From assembly GCA_973851085.1 (NCBI GenBank), contig OZ316776.1, positions 9,486,001 through 9,550,000 of the forward strand: a DNA stretch of 64,000 nucleotides, given 5' to 3'. The notes under the pieces are model-generated. The model worked only from the letters and a program-made list of their open reading frames with translations. It made no database searches and had not been told where the DNA came from. Position 1 is the stretch's first letter. Every line of letters begins with the position of its first letter. A program made the translations under genes and the position numbers. This document shows, piece by piece, positions 26,981 to 40,407 of the stretch. The DNA comes from Ptychomitrium polyphyllum (Eukaryota).

Positions 26981-27066
26981 CTATGAAACGGAGTTGATCG
27001 GTTCTTGAATTTTTGCAGGAGAAAGCGGCGTTGTTGTTGTTGAGAAGTTTTCGTTTTTTCGTAGCG

Positions 27067-30000
27067 ATGGCAGCGGGGAATGAGTGGATCAATGGATACA
27101 TGGAGGCGATTTTGGACACGGGCGAGAAGATCCATGATCAGCGTCACATCGGGATCAATGATTTTAAGGCGGCGAAGTATTTCGTGGAGTCCGTCACGGG
27201 GTTCGATGAGTCGTCTCTATACCGCACTTGGATTAAGGTGCGCGTTTATATCTGTTCTCTGCTTTCCGTTTTTTTGTTATGTTTGAGGATTATTCTTGTG
27301 ATTACAGGATGCTGGAGAATTTCGGTGGTGGCATTGCATTCGTGGTTGTGATGCGCTTTTCTGTATGTTGTGATAATTTAGGACATGTCGAGTTGTACTT
27401 TGTGGAGCTTTAGGTAGTTTGCAGTGTTCTGAAATCGGAGGTTTTCGGTGAGGAGATTTGGACTTGACTGAGGTGTACAATGTGAGGACGGGAGAGCGTC
27501 GTTGAGTAGTTCCAGGCCAATGCGTGGAGACGAGTGACTTTGGTGGAGGTAGGGAATGGAATTGAGTTTTGTGTATAGCTAAGGTGGCTAATTTCATTGC
27601 TTTTCGCAGGCCTCAGCGGTGAGGAGTTCGCAGGAGCGGACACTGCGGATGGAGCATCTGTGTTGGAGAATTTGGCATATTGCGAGAAAGAAGAGATTGG
27701 TAGGCTTCAGTTTGGATATGTAATCGGTTGTAGTGCGGGTATGGCGATGGTTGAGTGACATTGTAGGGAAGGTGTTGTCTTGTGATTGCAGAATGGTGGA
27801 GATGAAGCTGACTAAGTTTTGACTGTGTTGACAGATTGAATGGGAGGACGCACATCGGCTTGCGCGGCGGCATATGGAGCGTGAGCAGGGAAGGAAAGAT
27901 GCCACCGCAGACATGTCGTCGGATCTTTCCGAGGGTGAGAAGGATAGTGCCCCTGCTGATAGTATGCCACGCGTGGGTAGCAGTTTGGCTCTTAGCAGTT
28001 CCAACACTGAAGATGTGAGCGCTTCAGATAAAGAGAAACCTGTTAAGAATTTATATATCGTCCTCCTCAGGTGTGTAAACTACAACTTTAACTGGTGTTG
28101 CCTTGGTTTAGGTTTCTCAATCACCCTCCTGATTTTTAGTACTTGCTACTTCTGTGAAGAATTATCCATATGATGATCTTACTTGAGACAACTTGAAACA
28201 TTGCAGTCTGCACGGCCTTGTGCGAGGGGATAACATGGAGCTTGGTCGGGACTCAGATACTGGTGGGCAGGTTTGTTCGTCGTCATACTTGTCTCTGTAT
28301 GTACATATCAACAATGCGAATTTCAAGGGGTTCTGTCACATAGTCTGTTCTTTGCTGTACGATTGATCTCCCCTGCCAGAACAGGCTTTTATTTGAAGGA
28401 ATACATTTAGTCCAAGATGTGTGAGGTGAAGTTGACATACTTTGCTTTAACAGGTGAAGTATGTGGTTGAGTTTGCAAGAGCGCTGGCTATGATGCCTGA
28501 GGTTTACCGAGTAGACTTACTTACTCGACAGATTTGCTCACCTGACGTGGATTGGAGCTATGGGGAGCCTACTGAGATGTTGGGTATGGGGTCTTATAAC
28601 GACTCTGAAGAGGTTGGTGAAAGTAGCGGTGCGTACATTGTGCGCATACCTTTTGGCCCCAGGTATTTCGCCCTAGGCTCTCTAGAAAATCTCTTTATAC
28701 TCTTGCTATTTCCAGCAGAACGCATGCTGGCTAGCCCTGAGTTCAGAAATTTTAGGTTTAGGAGGTGTCTTCCAGTTTCAAGGATAGTTTTCTGGTGTTA
28801 AATAGTGAAGCAAATTCATGCCGTATGGAGGTGGTTCAATTGAGTCTTATTACTAGAGGCTAATAAGTTTGTGGCTCACGAAGAAATGCTATTCTCTCAT
28901 GCAGGGATCAATACCTAAGGAAGGAACTCTTGTGGCCATATATTCCGGAGTTTAGGGATGGTGCTCTGTCACACATTCTCAACATGTCCAAAGTCCTTGG
29001 CGATCAAATTGGCAAGGGAGGTCTTATCTGGCCATACGCCATCCATGGGCATTATGCGGATGCTGGAGATGCTGCTTCACTCTTGTCAGGGGCCTTAAAT
29101 GTTCCCATGGTATTGACCGGCCACTCCCTCGGTCGAAACAAGCTTGAGCAGCTTCTGAAGCAGGGAAGGGAAACTAGGCAGGATATCAACACTACATATA
29201 GAATTATGCGGAGGATAGAAGCGGAGGAGCTTTCGCTGGATGCAGCGGAGCTTGTCATCACAAGTACCAAACAGGAGATTGAGGAGCAATGGGGCTTATA
29301 TGATGGTTTTGACGTCAAGCTGGAGCGCGTCCTCCGCGCTAGGGCTCGTAGAGGTGTCAGCTGCCATGGTAGATACATGCCCCGGATGGTGGTACGTTTC
29401 TTAAGAATGAAAACGATTCCTCTCCATAGTAAAACTCAAATTTAAGACTTGCAAAGGAGGCAAATTTCTTATTAATATGTGAATGAGGCGCATGATATGC
29501 ACTTCGTGAGTACTTTCATATGCAGCGGAATCGTTGACATCTCCTGCATTTGAAACAGTCTGTTGATTTTTGATTGGGATGTTCTGTGAATGTGTAGGTT
29601 ATTCCACCAGGAATGGACTTTAGCAATGTTATTGTTCAAGATGCAGGAGATATTGTCGAAGGAGATGCCGAAGCTGTCATGATCACGTCCGGTGATGCCT
29701 CAAATGTTGTCCCGGTCTCTCCTCGAGCTCATCCTCCTATTTGGGAAGAGGTGAGGCTTCGATCAGAATTTTTTTAAGAGATATTTTGAGAGGTCATTTG
29801 AAGAACGTGGTCTGAAGTTCTTGACATCTGGTCGGGGTAATAATTATGACGTAGAATTATCACCTAACACGATTGAAATGAAGCTCAAATTTCAAGGTCT
29901 ATAGCTTTGAGAAAATTGTTAGGAATTTACTTGTGCACACTGCAGTAATGATTTGGATTGTATGTCGCTTGTGTCAACAATTGGCCAGATCATGCGTTTC

Positions 30001-32810
30001 TTCAGCAACCCGCACAAGCCCATGATTTTGGCACTCGCTCGTCCCGATCCGAAAAAGAATCTCACAACTCTGTTGAAGGCTTTTGGTGAACGACCAGCAT
30101 TGAGAGAGTTGGCTAATCTGGTATGTTTTGCTTCTGTTCGTTCCCGCAAATCTGGTGCTCGATAGGAAGCTGACAGTAACTGCCCTTCGGAGAGCTTGGA
30201 AAAGAGGCTCTTGTTGAGGTCTGTCATCTGCTGTCATTACATGTCCTGTGTATTGCTGTGCAGACGCTGATTATGGGAAACCGTGACGATATTGACGAAA
30301 TGTCCGGTGGGAACGCGGCAGTGATGACTACTGTGCTGAAGCTGATTGACAAGTACGACTTGTATGGCCAAGTTGCTTATCCCAAGCACCACAAGCAGAG
30401 TGATGTTCCTGAAATTTATCGTCTTGCTGCGAAGACCAAGGTTTGTGATAGTTTTGATTATGTCGGGGTTTACAATTTGCAAGAAACTTAAGAGATTTTG
30501 ACGATGATAGGTCAAATTGGAGCTGCAAGGCTCGTCACAGTTGTCTGCGAACGAGAGCACAACGCAGAATATTGCCCGTCGTCTGTTGATTTTCAAGTCT
30601 GACAAAATTCGCTGCCTCAATTTATTAACCATGATTTCACTTGTAGGGGGTTTTTGTTAATCCAGCACTTGTGGAGCCTTTTGGACTCACTCTAATTGAG
30701 GTACCCTGTGCGGAAGATGGGATTTTTGGCTTGTGAAGTCCTTTATATTATTACTGTTCTATAAATATATTTGTCACTGACATACCTTTATAGCAATTTA
30801 AGCATGTGATCAGGCTTCTATTCTTTATACTTGCCACCGCTGTACGTATTCTCGTAATACATGTATTTGGTCTTTTACGTTTAAGAACACCTTATCAACC
30901 GCCTCGAGATAATAAATTATGCTTACGCTGTTGCTGCAGGCAGCCGCACATGGCTTGCCCATGGTTGCTACAAAGATTGGAGGACCCGTTGACATTCACA
31001 AGGTAGAAACACATCGCAGTTTGAACTTTGATTTATTGTTGCTTTCCTTTGCAAACTTGATTAATAGAGGTAATAGCTTATCAACTTGATGTGGAAATTC
31101 ATAAGTCTAAGCTGTTTGTTTGGATTTTACAGGCGCTTTCCAACGGCCTGCTGGTGGATCCCCACAACGAGAAGGAAATTGGAGATGCATTGCTGACGCT
31201 GGTTGCTGACCGGAACTTATGGTCAGTATGTCGCAAGAATGGATTGAAAAATATTCACTTGTATTCATGGCCAGAGCATTGTCGAAGATACCTGTCGTCG
31301 ATTGCCTTCTGTCGCATGCGACATCCGCAATGGAAAACGGAGTCAAGTACTGAGAACGGAGAGCTGGTTGAGTCTCAGAATGATTCCCTGCGCGATGTCC
31401 AGGACATCTCGCTGCGCCTTAGTGTTGATGGGAATACCTCCATCTCAAATCCTGGCGATTTAGAGCGGCTATTGCGAAGTCAGAGTAGCTTGGGGAAGAA
31501 CAACGAAACGGAAGATATCGAGACCCTCGCAGCTAAAGGGCGCATCCTGATTGGCCAGATGGACTCGATGCAAGAGAGAGGACCAGAATCAAAGAGATCT
31601 GGCTCTTTGACTGGTGCTTACAAAGCCATGCCATTAAAGAAACGAAGACGCCTTATTATCATTGCCGTGGATGCATACGATCTTACGACCAACAAGCCTA
31701 GTGGCGCACTCGTGAGTCATATCCAAAGCATTGTGAAGGCGATTCGGTCAGACTTGAGTATTCGAGTTCAACCTGGTTTGATTATTTCCTCTGCTCTTAC
31801 CAAGTCGGAGATTGTTGAAATGTTGAAGGCTGCTGGAATGTCCGCTACGGAGTTTGATGCTCTGATTTGCAGCAGTGGAAGTGAGGTGTACTACCCTGCC
31901 TCTGGCTCAGACGATAGCAGCGCTCTGCACGACTTGCAGGCTGACAAAGACTACAGCACCCACATTGACTACCGATGGGGATATGAAGGTCTTCGGAAGA
32001 CCATGGGTCGCTTGAATACGTTTGATTCTGAGAGCGCTAATAATGACAAAGTTTTGATCGAAGACACAGAAAGCTGCAACGCTCACTGCCTCGCTTTCAC
32101 TGTCACCAATCCAGATATGGTAAGTTCCAGCTCTTGTCTGTTTTCTAACCCGTTTGAATGTGAGTGTTAGTTGATGCTGCACACTGAGAAATTTTAATTG
32201 CGGATCTATTCCAACACTTTGGAAATGTGTGTTGTGGTCGTAGGGCCTTAATGTGGATCAGCTGCGGCAGCGGTTGAGGATGCGCGGTTTGAGGTGCCAT
32301 GTGATGTATTGCCGAAATTCAACCCGGTTGCACGTGTTACCTCTTTTGGCATCTCGCTCACAAGCCCTTCGGTTTGTTCACAACTCTAACAGTATCTTTT
32401 GCTCGTCGAGCTTTATGCCTGAAAGCTCTGTTCTCTCAATGATTTACGGAGCCATCAACGTTCTTATCTGGCAGCTATGAATAGGGTTCTATCTTTGAAC
32501 CCTTATTGCTGATGCTATTCTCACCTAAAAGTTCGATCTGAGCAGGTACTTCTTTGCTCGATGGAACGTGGATGTGGCCAACATGATTGTCGTGGTAGGC
32601 GACACTGGTGACACGGATCATGAGGAATTGTTGTCAGGAACGCACAAAACAATTCTTATACGAGGTGTGGTCGAGGGAAGTTCAGAGAAAAAGCTTCGTG
32701 CAAGTGGCAACTATGACCGAGTTGATGTTGCTCCATCCGAGAGCCCCGACATAATCCTTGCAGAGGCCAGTTCAGTACCTTCTGTACTTCTGGAGGCACT
32801 TCGACAGTGA
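27067..32810 (+). CDS. SPS: Sucrose-phosphate synthase
   Basis: Motifs [78 protein letters not shown] and the SPP-like domain [14 protein letters not shown]. 14 exons: 27067-27237, 27610-27699, 27835-28070, 28207-28270, 28454-28662, 28905-29391, 29598-29750, 29989-30120, 30264-30440, 30647-30700, 30940-31002, 31133-32119, 32244-32371, 32546-32810. Confidence 0.97.
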
Positions 32811-33880
32811 TACTGATAGGCTTCAGGATCTTTACTTTTGCGAATCCCAATTCTTAATTCTATTTCTATTTTTATGTTCTCAACCAATAAGTGCTAAGTT
32901 ATGAGTGCCATGGCCTCCCAACCTTGAAGGCCAGCAAGCCCGCAGTCACCTTCGAGAGTTGTCAGTAGTACTTTATCCCACGGAGATGTGGATGGTGGTA
33001 TTGTAATTTGAAAAACTTTATGTAAATGAGAGAGCTTGCAGTGCTAGCTATGTGTAGCACTATACTTCATGTAAGAGCATCACAATGACGCTGAGTATAT
33101 ATGGTATATCATTATGTTTAATCAATGGTCACACTCTTACCCTTTACACGCTCAAGGTCCTAGAAAGTCCCAGCAGGTTTGCTTCAGATAAAATGGTGGT
33201 GGAAAGTATGCTGTAAAACTCAATAACAAGAAGTCTAGAACAATGTCTGTAGTTTAAGTTAAGCAGGCCCTTAACTGTTCCTTTACTGGTTTAATATACT
33301 ACGTTAGAGAGATTACCACATTAGTGATCATATATTAGATTTCTAAATCTAGACATTGAATGGATAGCCTTAACATAGGTAATACTGAAGTGCATTAATG
33401 AAAGTCATCAAACACATATTTAATAACCATTAGAGTCAATATTGAGTGTGAACTTGGTTAGTGCAAATGGATTCATGGAATGGTGGCCTTAGAAAGGAAA
33501 ATTAATTTATATCAAATTTAAAGCAAACTATGTGATATGCAATGGACATAAACTTAGTGTGTTATAATTTTTGAATGAGGTTTGAATGATTGTGCAATGT
33601 GCAGTAAGCAATGGTTATTGATTGTGGTTTGGGCAATTAATGAGCTAGTCCATTGAAGTTTTTTGTGCTTTTGTCTCAAATCAAGGTAAATTACCTATGT
33701 GATTATACCTTGCAGTGATTATTGTAATTATTCATTTTCAATACTCATTTCGTTTCATAAACAATTCAATCTTATCAACAAACAAATAGCAAAAGATCAA
33801 AGGAAACTATTATTGTCAAAGAGTAAGTTCATGTATTGTCTACTATCTTGAAAAACAGAAATAAAAACTCAGAATGCAAC

Positions 33881-34731
33881 CTGCATGGTTGAACACCAGT
33901 TTCTTGAATCAAGGGTAGTATATGATCCAATATTGTTTGTCTGCAGTTTAAAGCCATCTGCGTTTGAATGTTCTGAAAATAGCTTTGATAAAGCAATCAC
34001 TGGATTTTTGAATAAAGAGCTACTGCATCCAAGTCTCCATTCAAGTCTGCATCCAAGTCTCCATTCAAGTCTGCATCCAAGTCTCCATTCAAGTCTGCAT
34101 CCAAGTCTCCATTCAAGTCTGCATCCAAGTCTCCATTCAAGTCTGCATCCAAGTCTCCATTCAAGTCTGCATCCAAGTCTGCATCCAAGTCTGCATCCAA
34201 GCCTTCAAGCAATTGATCAAGCTGCAAAGTAGTCTTGAAATCAACTGTGCTCAACTCGAATGGAGGGTTAAACAAAGTTTTTTGAGGAGAAGGTCAATAT
34301 CTGATTTGGACAACCCCATTTGAGTCCTGCAATGTCTGATGAAATGAAGCAGATGCACAGTGGAATAAAATTCCTGTATATCAAAATTCCTCTCCTGCCT
34401 TTCGTACTCCAAATCCATCTCAGCATCCGGCCCATGGATTTGGAACCTCAAGCTGCACGATCCTGGGCCTGCACTCCCCTCCAAAACTATGTCTGTTCCA
34501 GCTATATCTTTGACTTTCCTTTGAACTTCAACAGGATTGAGAACCACATTTGGTCCTTTTAAATACAGGAATTTGCATTTGCCATTCTTCTCATTAGTTG
34601 AGAGCACCAACATTGGTATAACATGCAGCTCCTCACTTTTCACATAAAATTTGTGGTCTTGGAGCTATGGCATTACTTGTAATGCCTGTGATCGTTCAAT
34701 CATAGACCCTTGTTCGGTATCACACACTCCA
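33881..34731 (-). mobile_element. Degenerate Plavaka/CACTA-like transposase fragment
   Basis: Across an in-frame TAG (34665-34667) and two frameshifts it reads ...QEFYSTVHLLHFIRHCRTQMGLSKSDIDLLLKKL/FNPPFELSTVDFKT...VALYSK/NPVIALSKLFSEHSNADGFKL...SYTTLDSRNWCSTMQ. This resembles the Plavaka N-terminal pattern (LS..IDxLL...P.F; LYxRDP...ELF..P; Y....TGxWW..Q). It is flanked by splice-like sites. Confidence 0.5.
34024..34201. repeat. Minisatellite: 24-bp unit built from two 12-bp variants (gtctgcatccaa / gtctccattcaa)
   Basis: About six perfect 24-mers followed by three 12-mers. It encodes (DADLNGDL)n on the minus strand and (LHPSLHSS)n on the plus strand. Confidence 0.97.
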
Positions 34732-37040
34732 TCCTGCAGTAAATTCAACCATAGTGTGTTCTTTCATCAGAAATACGGATGTCAAACAAGGCCGCTCTAA
34801 AATGGTTATCATTGACAGAACCCGTGAAACTGATCTTCAATGCCTAAAGCATAAACTTTGCATTTGGTATAAAAGTATGCTATCAACACCATGCCTGACC
34901 TCATTGGCATAATCAATTCCATCTGGTCCGAAAGGCCAAACCAACGTTCCACATTTTGCAGATCAAGCCTTGTCTATTCTCTACTGATAAACTAGATTAC
35001 TCATTAGCCAGGTCCATGGCAACTAGTCACCTTTCTCTTCTGAATTGCTTGTAGATAGTGCAATGCGCACCGGGAGACGACAAAATCCCTAATCCATAAA
35101 CGCAAACTCATTGTGCCGAAGCAACGAGTAAAACAAAATGCTTTTTAGAAACTCTAAAACCTTCTACCCCTTGATCCTGCCAACTCGAGCACATCGCACA
35201 CGTCAAATTTTTCCAATCGAAAACAACCTGGAAACTGAAACCCTCATCAACACTGCTACCTCTCTCGATCGGTCTGACGCCCTGACCACACTAGTGCCCT
35301 GTACTATTATCCATCCGTACTTCCTCCCCTCTACCAGTAACCTATTATACACATAAGTTCCAGGCCAAAGTTGTATTGCAATGCAGGACTTAACATCAAC
35401 GTTTGACATTCCTCCAATATCTTGCCTTAATGTAGGATAGTTTGTCTAGATTGCATCTCACTTAGTCTGGAATTTTTTGTAGGATCTGGTGAAGTTAAGT
35501 AAACAACAACCGCATTCCACTGCACAAACACGTTTCTCTGGCAGCAATATCTAAAGAACAAGAAAAACTGTTTGCTTAAGAGTCGAGCACGTTGACAATT
35601 CAAGATCTCAAACACGAAGTGTGATAAATGATAAGCACAAAGCAGTTAAGACGGTCCGATGAGCACAATTGGAGGGTGTATACACTTTCCCTGATCTTCG
35701 AAGTTGCTCAATACATTCCTGCATTTGGACTTGGCTCCTCTTGCAACAAAAGTCCGACAGAATTGAATTTTTATCACATGTAAACGTGTAACTGTATCAT
35801 ACATGAACGTTGTAGCTATTCCCCTAATTGTGTTTCATTGACAATGCTAGGCAGATTACAGTAGGCAAGTTCAAGCCATGGTGAAGAAGTTTTCAGGCCC
35901 CTGGAAGATTGAGCCCATGCTTGCAAGTGAGATGTCGGCTCACGGGAGAGCAACGCAGCGCCGGGGTCAGGGATCAATTTCCAGCAAGTTCTGGACCCCG
36001 CCATTGTTCCTCCTTGGCCGCTCAACGGCTACTTGCGGGTTGTCACGGAGCGGATCATCCGGGAAATGCTTGCTGATCTGCAGCGTGAGTGCTTGCACTT
36101 GTCACAAGCAAAAGCTTGTTAATTCTTCACCAAGATAAGCCAATTCATTTAACCAGCATCCGACGTTAACGCCAGAGATTGTGCTTCAGGTATTCGATTA
36201 CGTCTCCTTGGTGGGAGAAAACGATGCTAGTTCCATTAATACACTGAGCTTTTTGAATTGTGAAGGGCAGTTAGAGAACTTAATATAAAAATTTGATGAG
36301 ACTTACTTAGCCTCAATTTACATACACATACTTTGGTTAATGAATTGTTCCTTGTCTTTGTTTTGTGTAAGCACTCAATTCCAGGCTTGATGAACCTCTT
36401 AGATACTGCCTGCTGTCTGGGTATTTTGGAATTTGTTGACAGAAATAGATCATTCTGCGTGACGTACTCCTACGACTGCAGTATACAGCAACTAGCTAAT
36501 TTGACCAGCAATCGGTAGCAGCACAGGAAACAAGTGGAGCATAAGAAGCATCCTCAACATTATCGCATTCAAACAATCACATGCAGAGACGAGGCTAGTC
36601 ACTGGAAACTCTATTGATCTCCATAACCCAGTTTTGAAAAATCCTCAGAAAAACTCATCACCTGATCTGAAACTACCCGACACAAGTTGGTGCATATGTG
36701 CAGAACAAAAAGTATATCAATGCCTGCTTTTGGTCCCTCCTAAAGTTGCTCATCTTCAACAACACCACATTCAAAATCTATTGTACACCAGCACGATACA
36801 GTCTCTAGTAAAAGGATGTTGAGGATCGTGGAGATCTAATATCTATGGAAGATCACAACTCGGAGACAAGGAGGGACAAAGAATGATAGCAAAAACCCCA
36901 AAAAAGGCTACCCGTTGAAAGCAAACTGTGATCTACATTGGCAACTTTGAATGTTTTTTAGCACCCGATGTCAAATTATTGCTATGCAACCAAGTTGATG
37001 GCAGCTATCCTCGTATCGATTGCTTCCAATCTCAACAGTC

Positions 37041-38886
37041 TCAGAAGTCGAGATTCCATGTCTTCTCGGCTACCAGCTTTGAAGTCTTTAAGGTGTCCAT
37101 GGGAACTGTGGCTGTAACCTGCACCGTTCAACAAAATAGTATATTGGTGATTAATGAAATGCTTCCGAGATAAAAGATAGGTCATGTGATACAAAATCAT
37201 ATGCTAGAAACCTAACGTTTCCATCTCCATTGTTTCAAACTGCCAGTAGAAACCACAATTTAAATAGTAACTTAATTATGTACTGCTGTTATAGGTCTCA
37301 ATATAAGAACTGCTATTGAGACAAAGGACGAGATACCGGTAGTACCTTGAACTGGCCATACTCTTTGGAGTCCCTTGTCCACTCCATCCCAATAGTACTT
37401 TGATGTGGATCATAACAGACGCGAGCATGGTCATGTAAGCCGACCTTGCGTGACGCAGCAAAATGCCATGCTTCAGTCTGGAAGTCGTAGGAAGGCTCAA
37501 ATGTGGCCCCACTGCTGTGCACGTACGTGTACTTCAATGTTCCTTTGTGTGTCTGAAAGCTATATTTTCCAATAACTTTGTTCCGTGGATCAATTGCAAC
37601 GTTCGCTTCCAACACTGTAGCGTTGCGCTTCTGAGCATGAATGTAGGTCAGCTTCACCGGCTTCTGAGCAATACTTGCCCCAGCCATGAATTGAAACCTG
37701 GGAGCCTGCACTTCAAAATCCGACTATAAGTACGCAGGTGTTTATGAACAATTATGAAGATTTACGAAAACACCAATATTACGCTATGATTCTCCAAAGA
37801 TTCGGTAACTGCTGCCTCTCACAAGAAGGGAAAAAATTAGAATAAGAGTGAACTGAATGTGCAGTTCTACACCTGAACATCCATGAGAAGCATCTATGAA
37901 CCAGTGAAACTCAAGGTGGGCAAAGCTGCACCCAATTTGAGAATCTCATCTCGATGGTAACGAGAGCATAGAAGGTACAACTGTACTGGTGAGTCTCCTA
38001 CATGTATAAAACATTCACAGTCAACTTTTTTGTGTTACTATTTTGTGATTTCGGGTTTGACACAGTTCGAATACAAGCATTTGGCAATTTGCGGACGCTT
38101 CATTCGTCACCATCTGCACTGCTCCACTCAAGGAGATGTTATTTCTTCGATCCGCAAGAATCGTCGACCTGTCATGTTCAAGAATATGCACGAGGAGACT
38201 GAACCGTCACCTCTGGACTTCAATTCCTGAAGGCGTGTATTGACGAAAGTTTCACATTCCTCACTAACACTGTCAAAGCACTACTCGTGTGACTTCTGAC
38301 AAGTCTAACAGTCCCGCCGCGGAACACTTTATAAGAATTGAAAACTTCAACCCCGTAAGATATAATATCAAAACAATACCCTCACAACATTGCGTAAACT
38401 TCGCAATTCCAAAACCCTAGATGATGCAAAAAACCCTCAATTGCGCACAAACAAGCTGCGCAAGACCACCGTTTTGATATTCGGTTCGAAGAAAGCGATG
38501 CAAAGCGGAAAAAATAGAGACACGATCCGGTTATGTGACACAAAAACCGTCAGTGCTCGCGGCATCCACGCCACTTCACTCCACCCATCACTCCAGAAAG
38601 ACTACATTGCCATTGACGAAAGGAGATGAGAATGCAGACAGGACAGGGCGATACAGAACAAGGCAACGCCGATAGCAACCTGTGATTGCATGTCGTAGTC
38701 AATCATGAAGGTGCCCGGCTTCTCCACACCAAACGAAACGCCGTGCAAACTGGCTGACCCGCCTGCCACGAAAGTATTATCGGCGCAGGTGGCCTTCACC
38801 TTCATATCGCCCACGGGGAGCGCCAGGGTCGCGGTTGCCGCATTGGCCGTCGCGTCATACTTCGTCTTCACCTGCAATTTCGTCAT
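37041..38886 (-). CDS. OEP24: Chloroplast outer envelope pore protein 24 (beta-barrel channel)
   Basis: Exons 38886-38680, 37705-37346 and 37118-37041 give 214 aa: MTKLQVKTKYD...GDMKVKAT...GVEKPGTFMIDYD/APRFQFM...FEPSYDF...WHFAASRK...GMEWTRDSKEYGQFK/...KLVAEKTWNLDF*. Confidence 0.9.
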
Positions 38887-40407
38887 GGCGCCCTCCCTCT
38901 CCCAACAAACCAAACTGCCTCCTCCCCTCCTCTCCTCCCCTCTCCTCTCCTCCACACCACCACAGCACCAAATCAATCTTCCTCTCAATCCAGAAACCTA
39001 ACAAGAAACCCCAACTGACCCACAGTTATGATACTCCTCAGATTCTTCGAGCATCGAACCCACACCCAAATGGCGAGGCGGTGCAATCCTAGCGCCATGA
39101 CAACGCTGCGTACTCGCCCAGAAAACCATTCCGGCTGCTTTCAAGCTGCTGCCCAACGCCCCAGTATCGACGGGTATTAGTGGATATTAGATTGGTGTAG
39201 GCGGGTATTTCAATCACTGCCATGCTGATGCGAAGCCGATGGTTTCAAATGGCTGCCGCTGAACCTCTTCCTCGCATTCCTCTTCCGTCGAGCGTGTTTT
39301 CTATGTGCAAGAATGTTGCAACCGCTGTTTCAGGGCTCACTCAGGCAGCAGCTTCAGAAATGGCGTACTTCAGGACTGCGGAAGAAAGAATCCACAGCGT
39401 TGCTGTCTTGACCGAGTCACCCCTGGTTCACTTGCATATTCTTCCTTCGGATTCAACACTGCGCAACCATTTCAGTTCTTCCGTTGCAAAGTCCACCGAG
39501 CATTCTGAGATTCCACACGTTCCGGACACCCACAATCAGGTCCCATCATGGAGCTTGCAATGCACGTGAGTTGGGGAGCTGTGTGTCGTGCAACTTGGGC
39601 CCATTGCCAGTTTGAAACGATTTCTCTTGTTTTTTAAGCTTCAGAATGGCGAGAAGCAATGCTGGTCCCCAGTGCCCACATTGTAAGATCCCATATCCTG
39701 ATGGCTATGGTAGTTACAGTGTCTTGGTAGCCTGGGTGCGTAGCTTGGTTGTTTACGCTAAACAAGTAGTCTTTCATCCTTGTTTGGTAAACTGAACCTG
39801 TCGGTATTCCATATCATTAACAGGTCACTACTATTCAGATCGAAATGTCGTGTTGCGTTCCTTAAAAGATTGCATCCTTCTCTAGATTGGAATAAACCCC
39901 TAGCCAGCTACAGCTACTTGGCACGATCAGCAGGTCAGAAGGATGAATTTGATCGCTTGTTGCTTGTTGGGTAGCGTCAGCTCAGTGTTGGCTGCCAGCG
40001 TTCCGTTGGCGTAACCTTGGTCAGAAAAGGAAGAGATCCTTCTGATGCAAGGTGTAGTGTCAAATGGCTTGCAATTGGGAACAACCGGTGTGTGTTGCAT
40101 TGCTCTGACGAAATGGGGATCAAGTGTCAAGCCTACTGCTTGTGACCGACTCGTGAGCGGGAACAGAAACGATCAAACTGGGTGTCGTTGGAATTTGCTG
40201 GTCAGATTTGATTAGTCAGCTTCGTGGTGGCCAAGGACGCTCCACCATATCATCTGTGTTTCTTCTGTCACCGCAGCTAGTTCTCTATTTCCCCTTGTAA
40301 TTTTTCTTGTTTCTTTGCGTAGCTGTGTCCAATGCAGCAGTGGTGTGGTGAAGGATATTCGAGCGCAACAAAGATGAAAGAGAGTTGTCCGTATTCGTAA
40401 TCCCAGG

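Noticed and set aside
34024..34201. Possible CRISPR-like array
   Set aside because: The units are contiguous with no unique spacers, there are no cas genes, and the context is eukaryotic.
33885..34232. Plus-strand ORF with (LHPSLHSS)n
   Set aside because: Antisense by-product of the minisatellite; the homology signal is on the minus strand.
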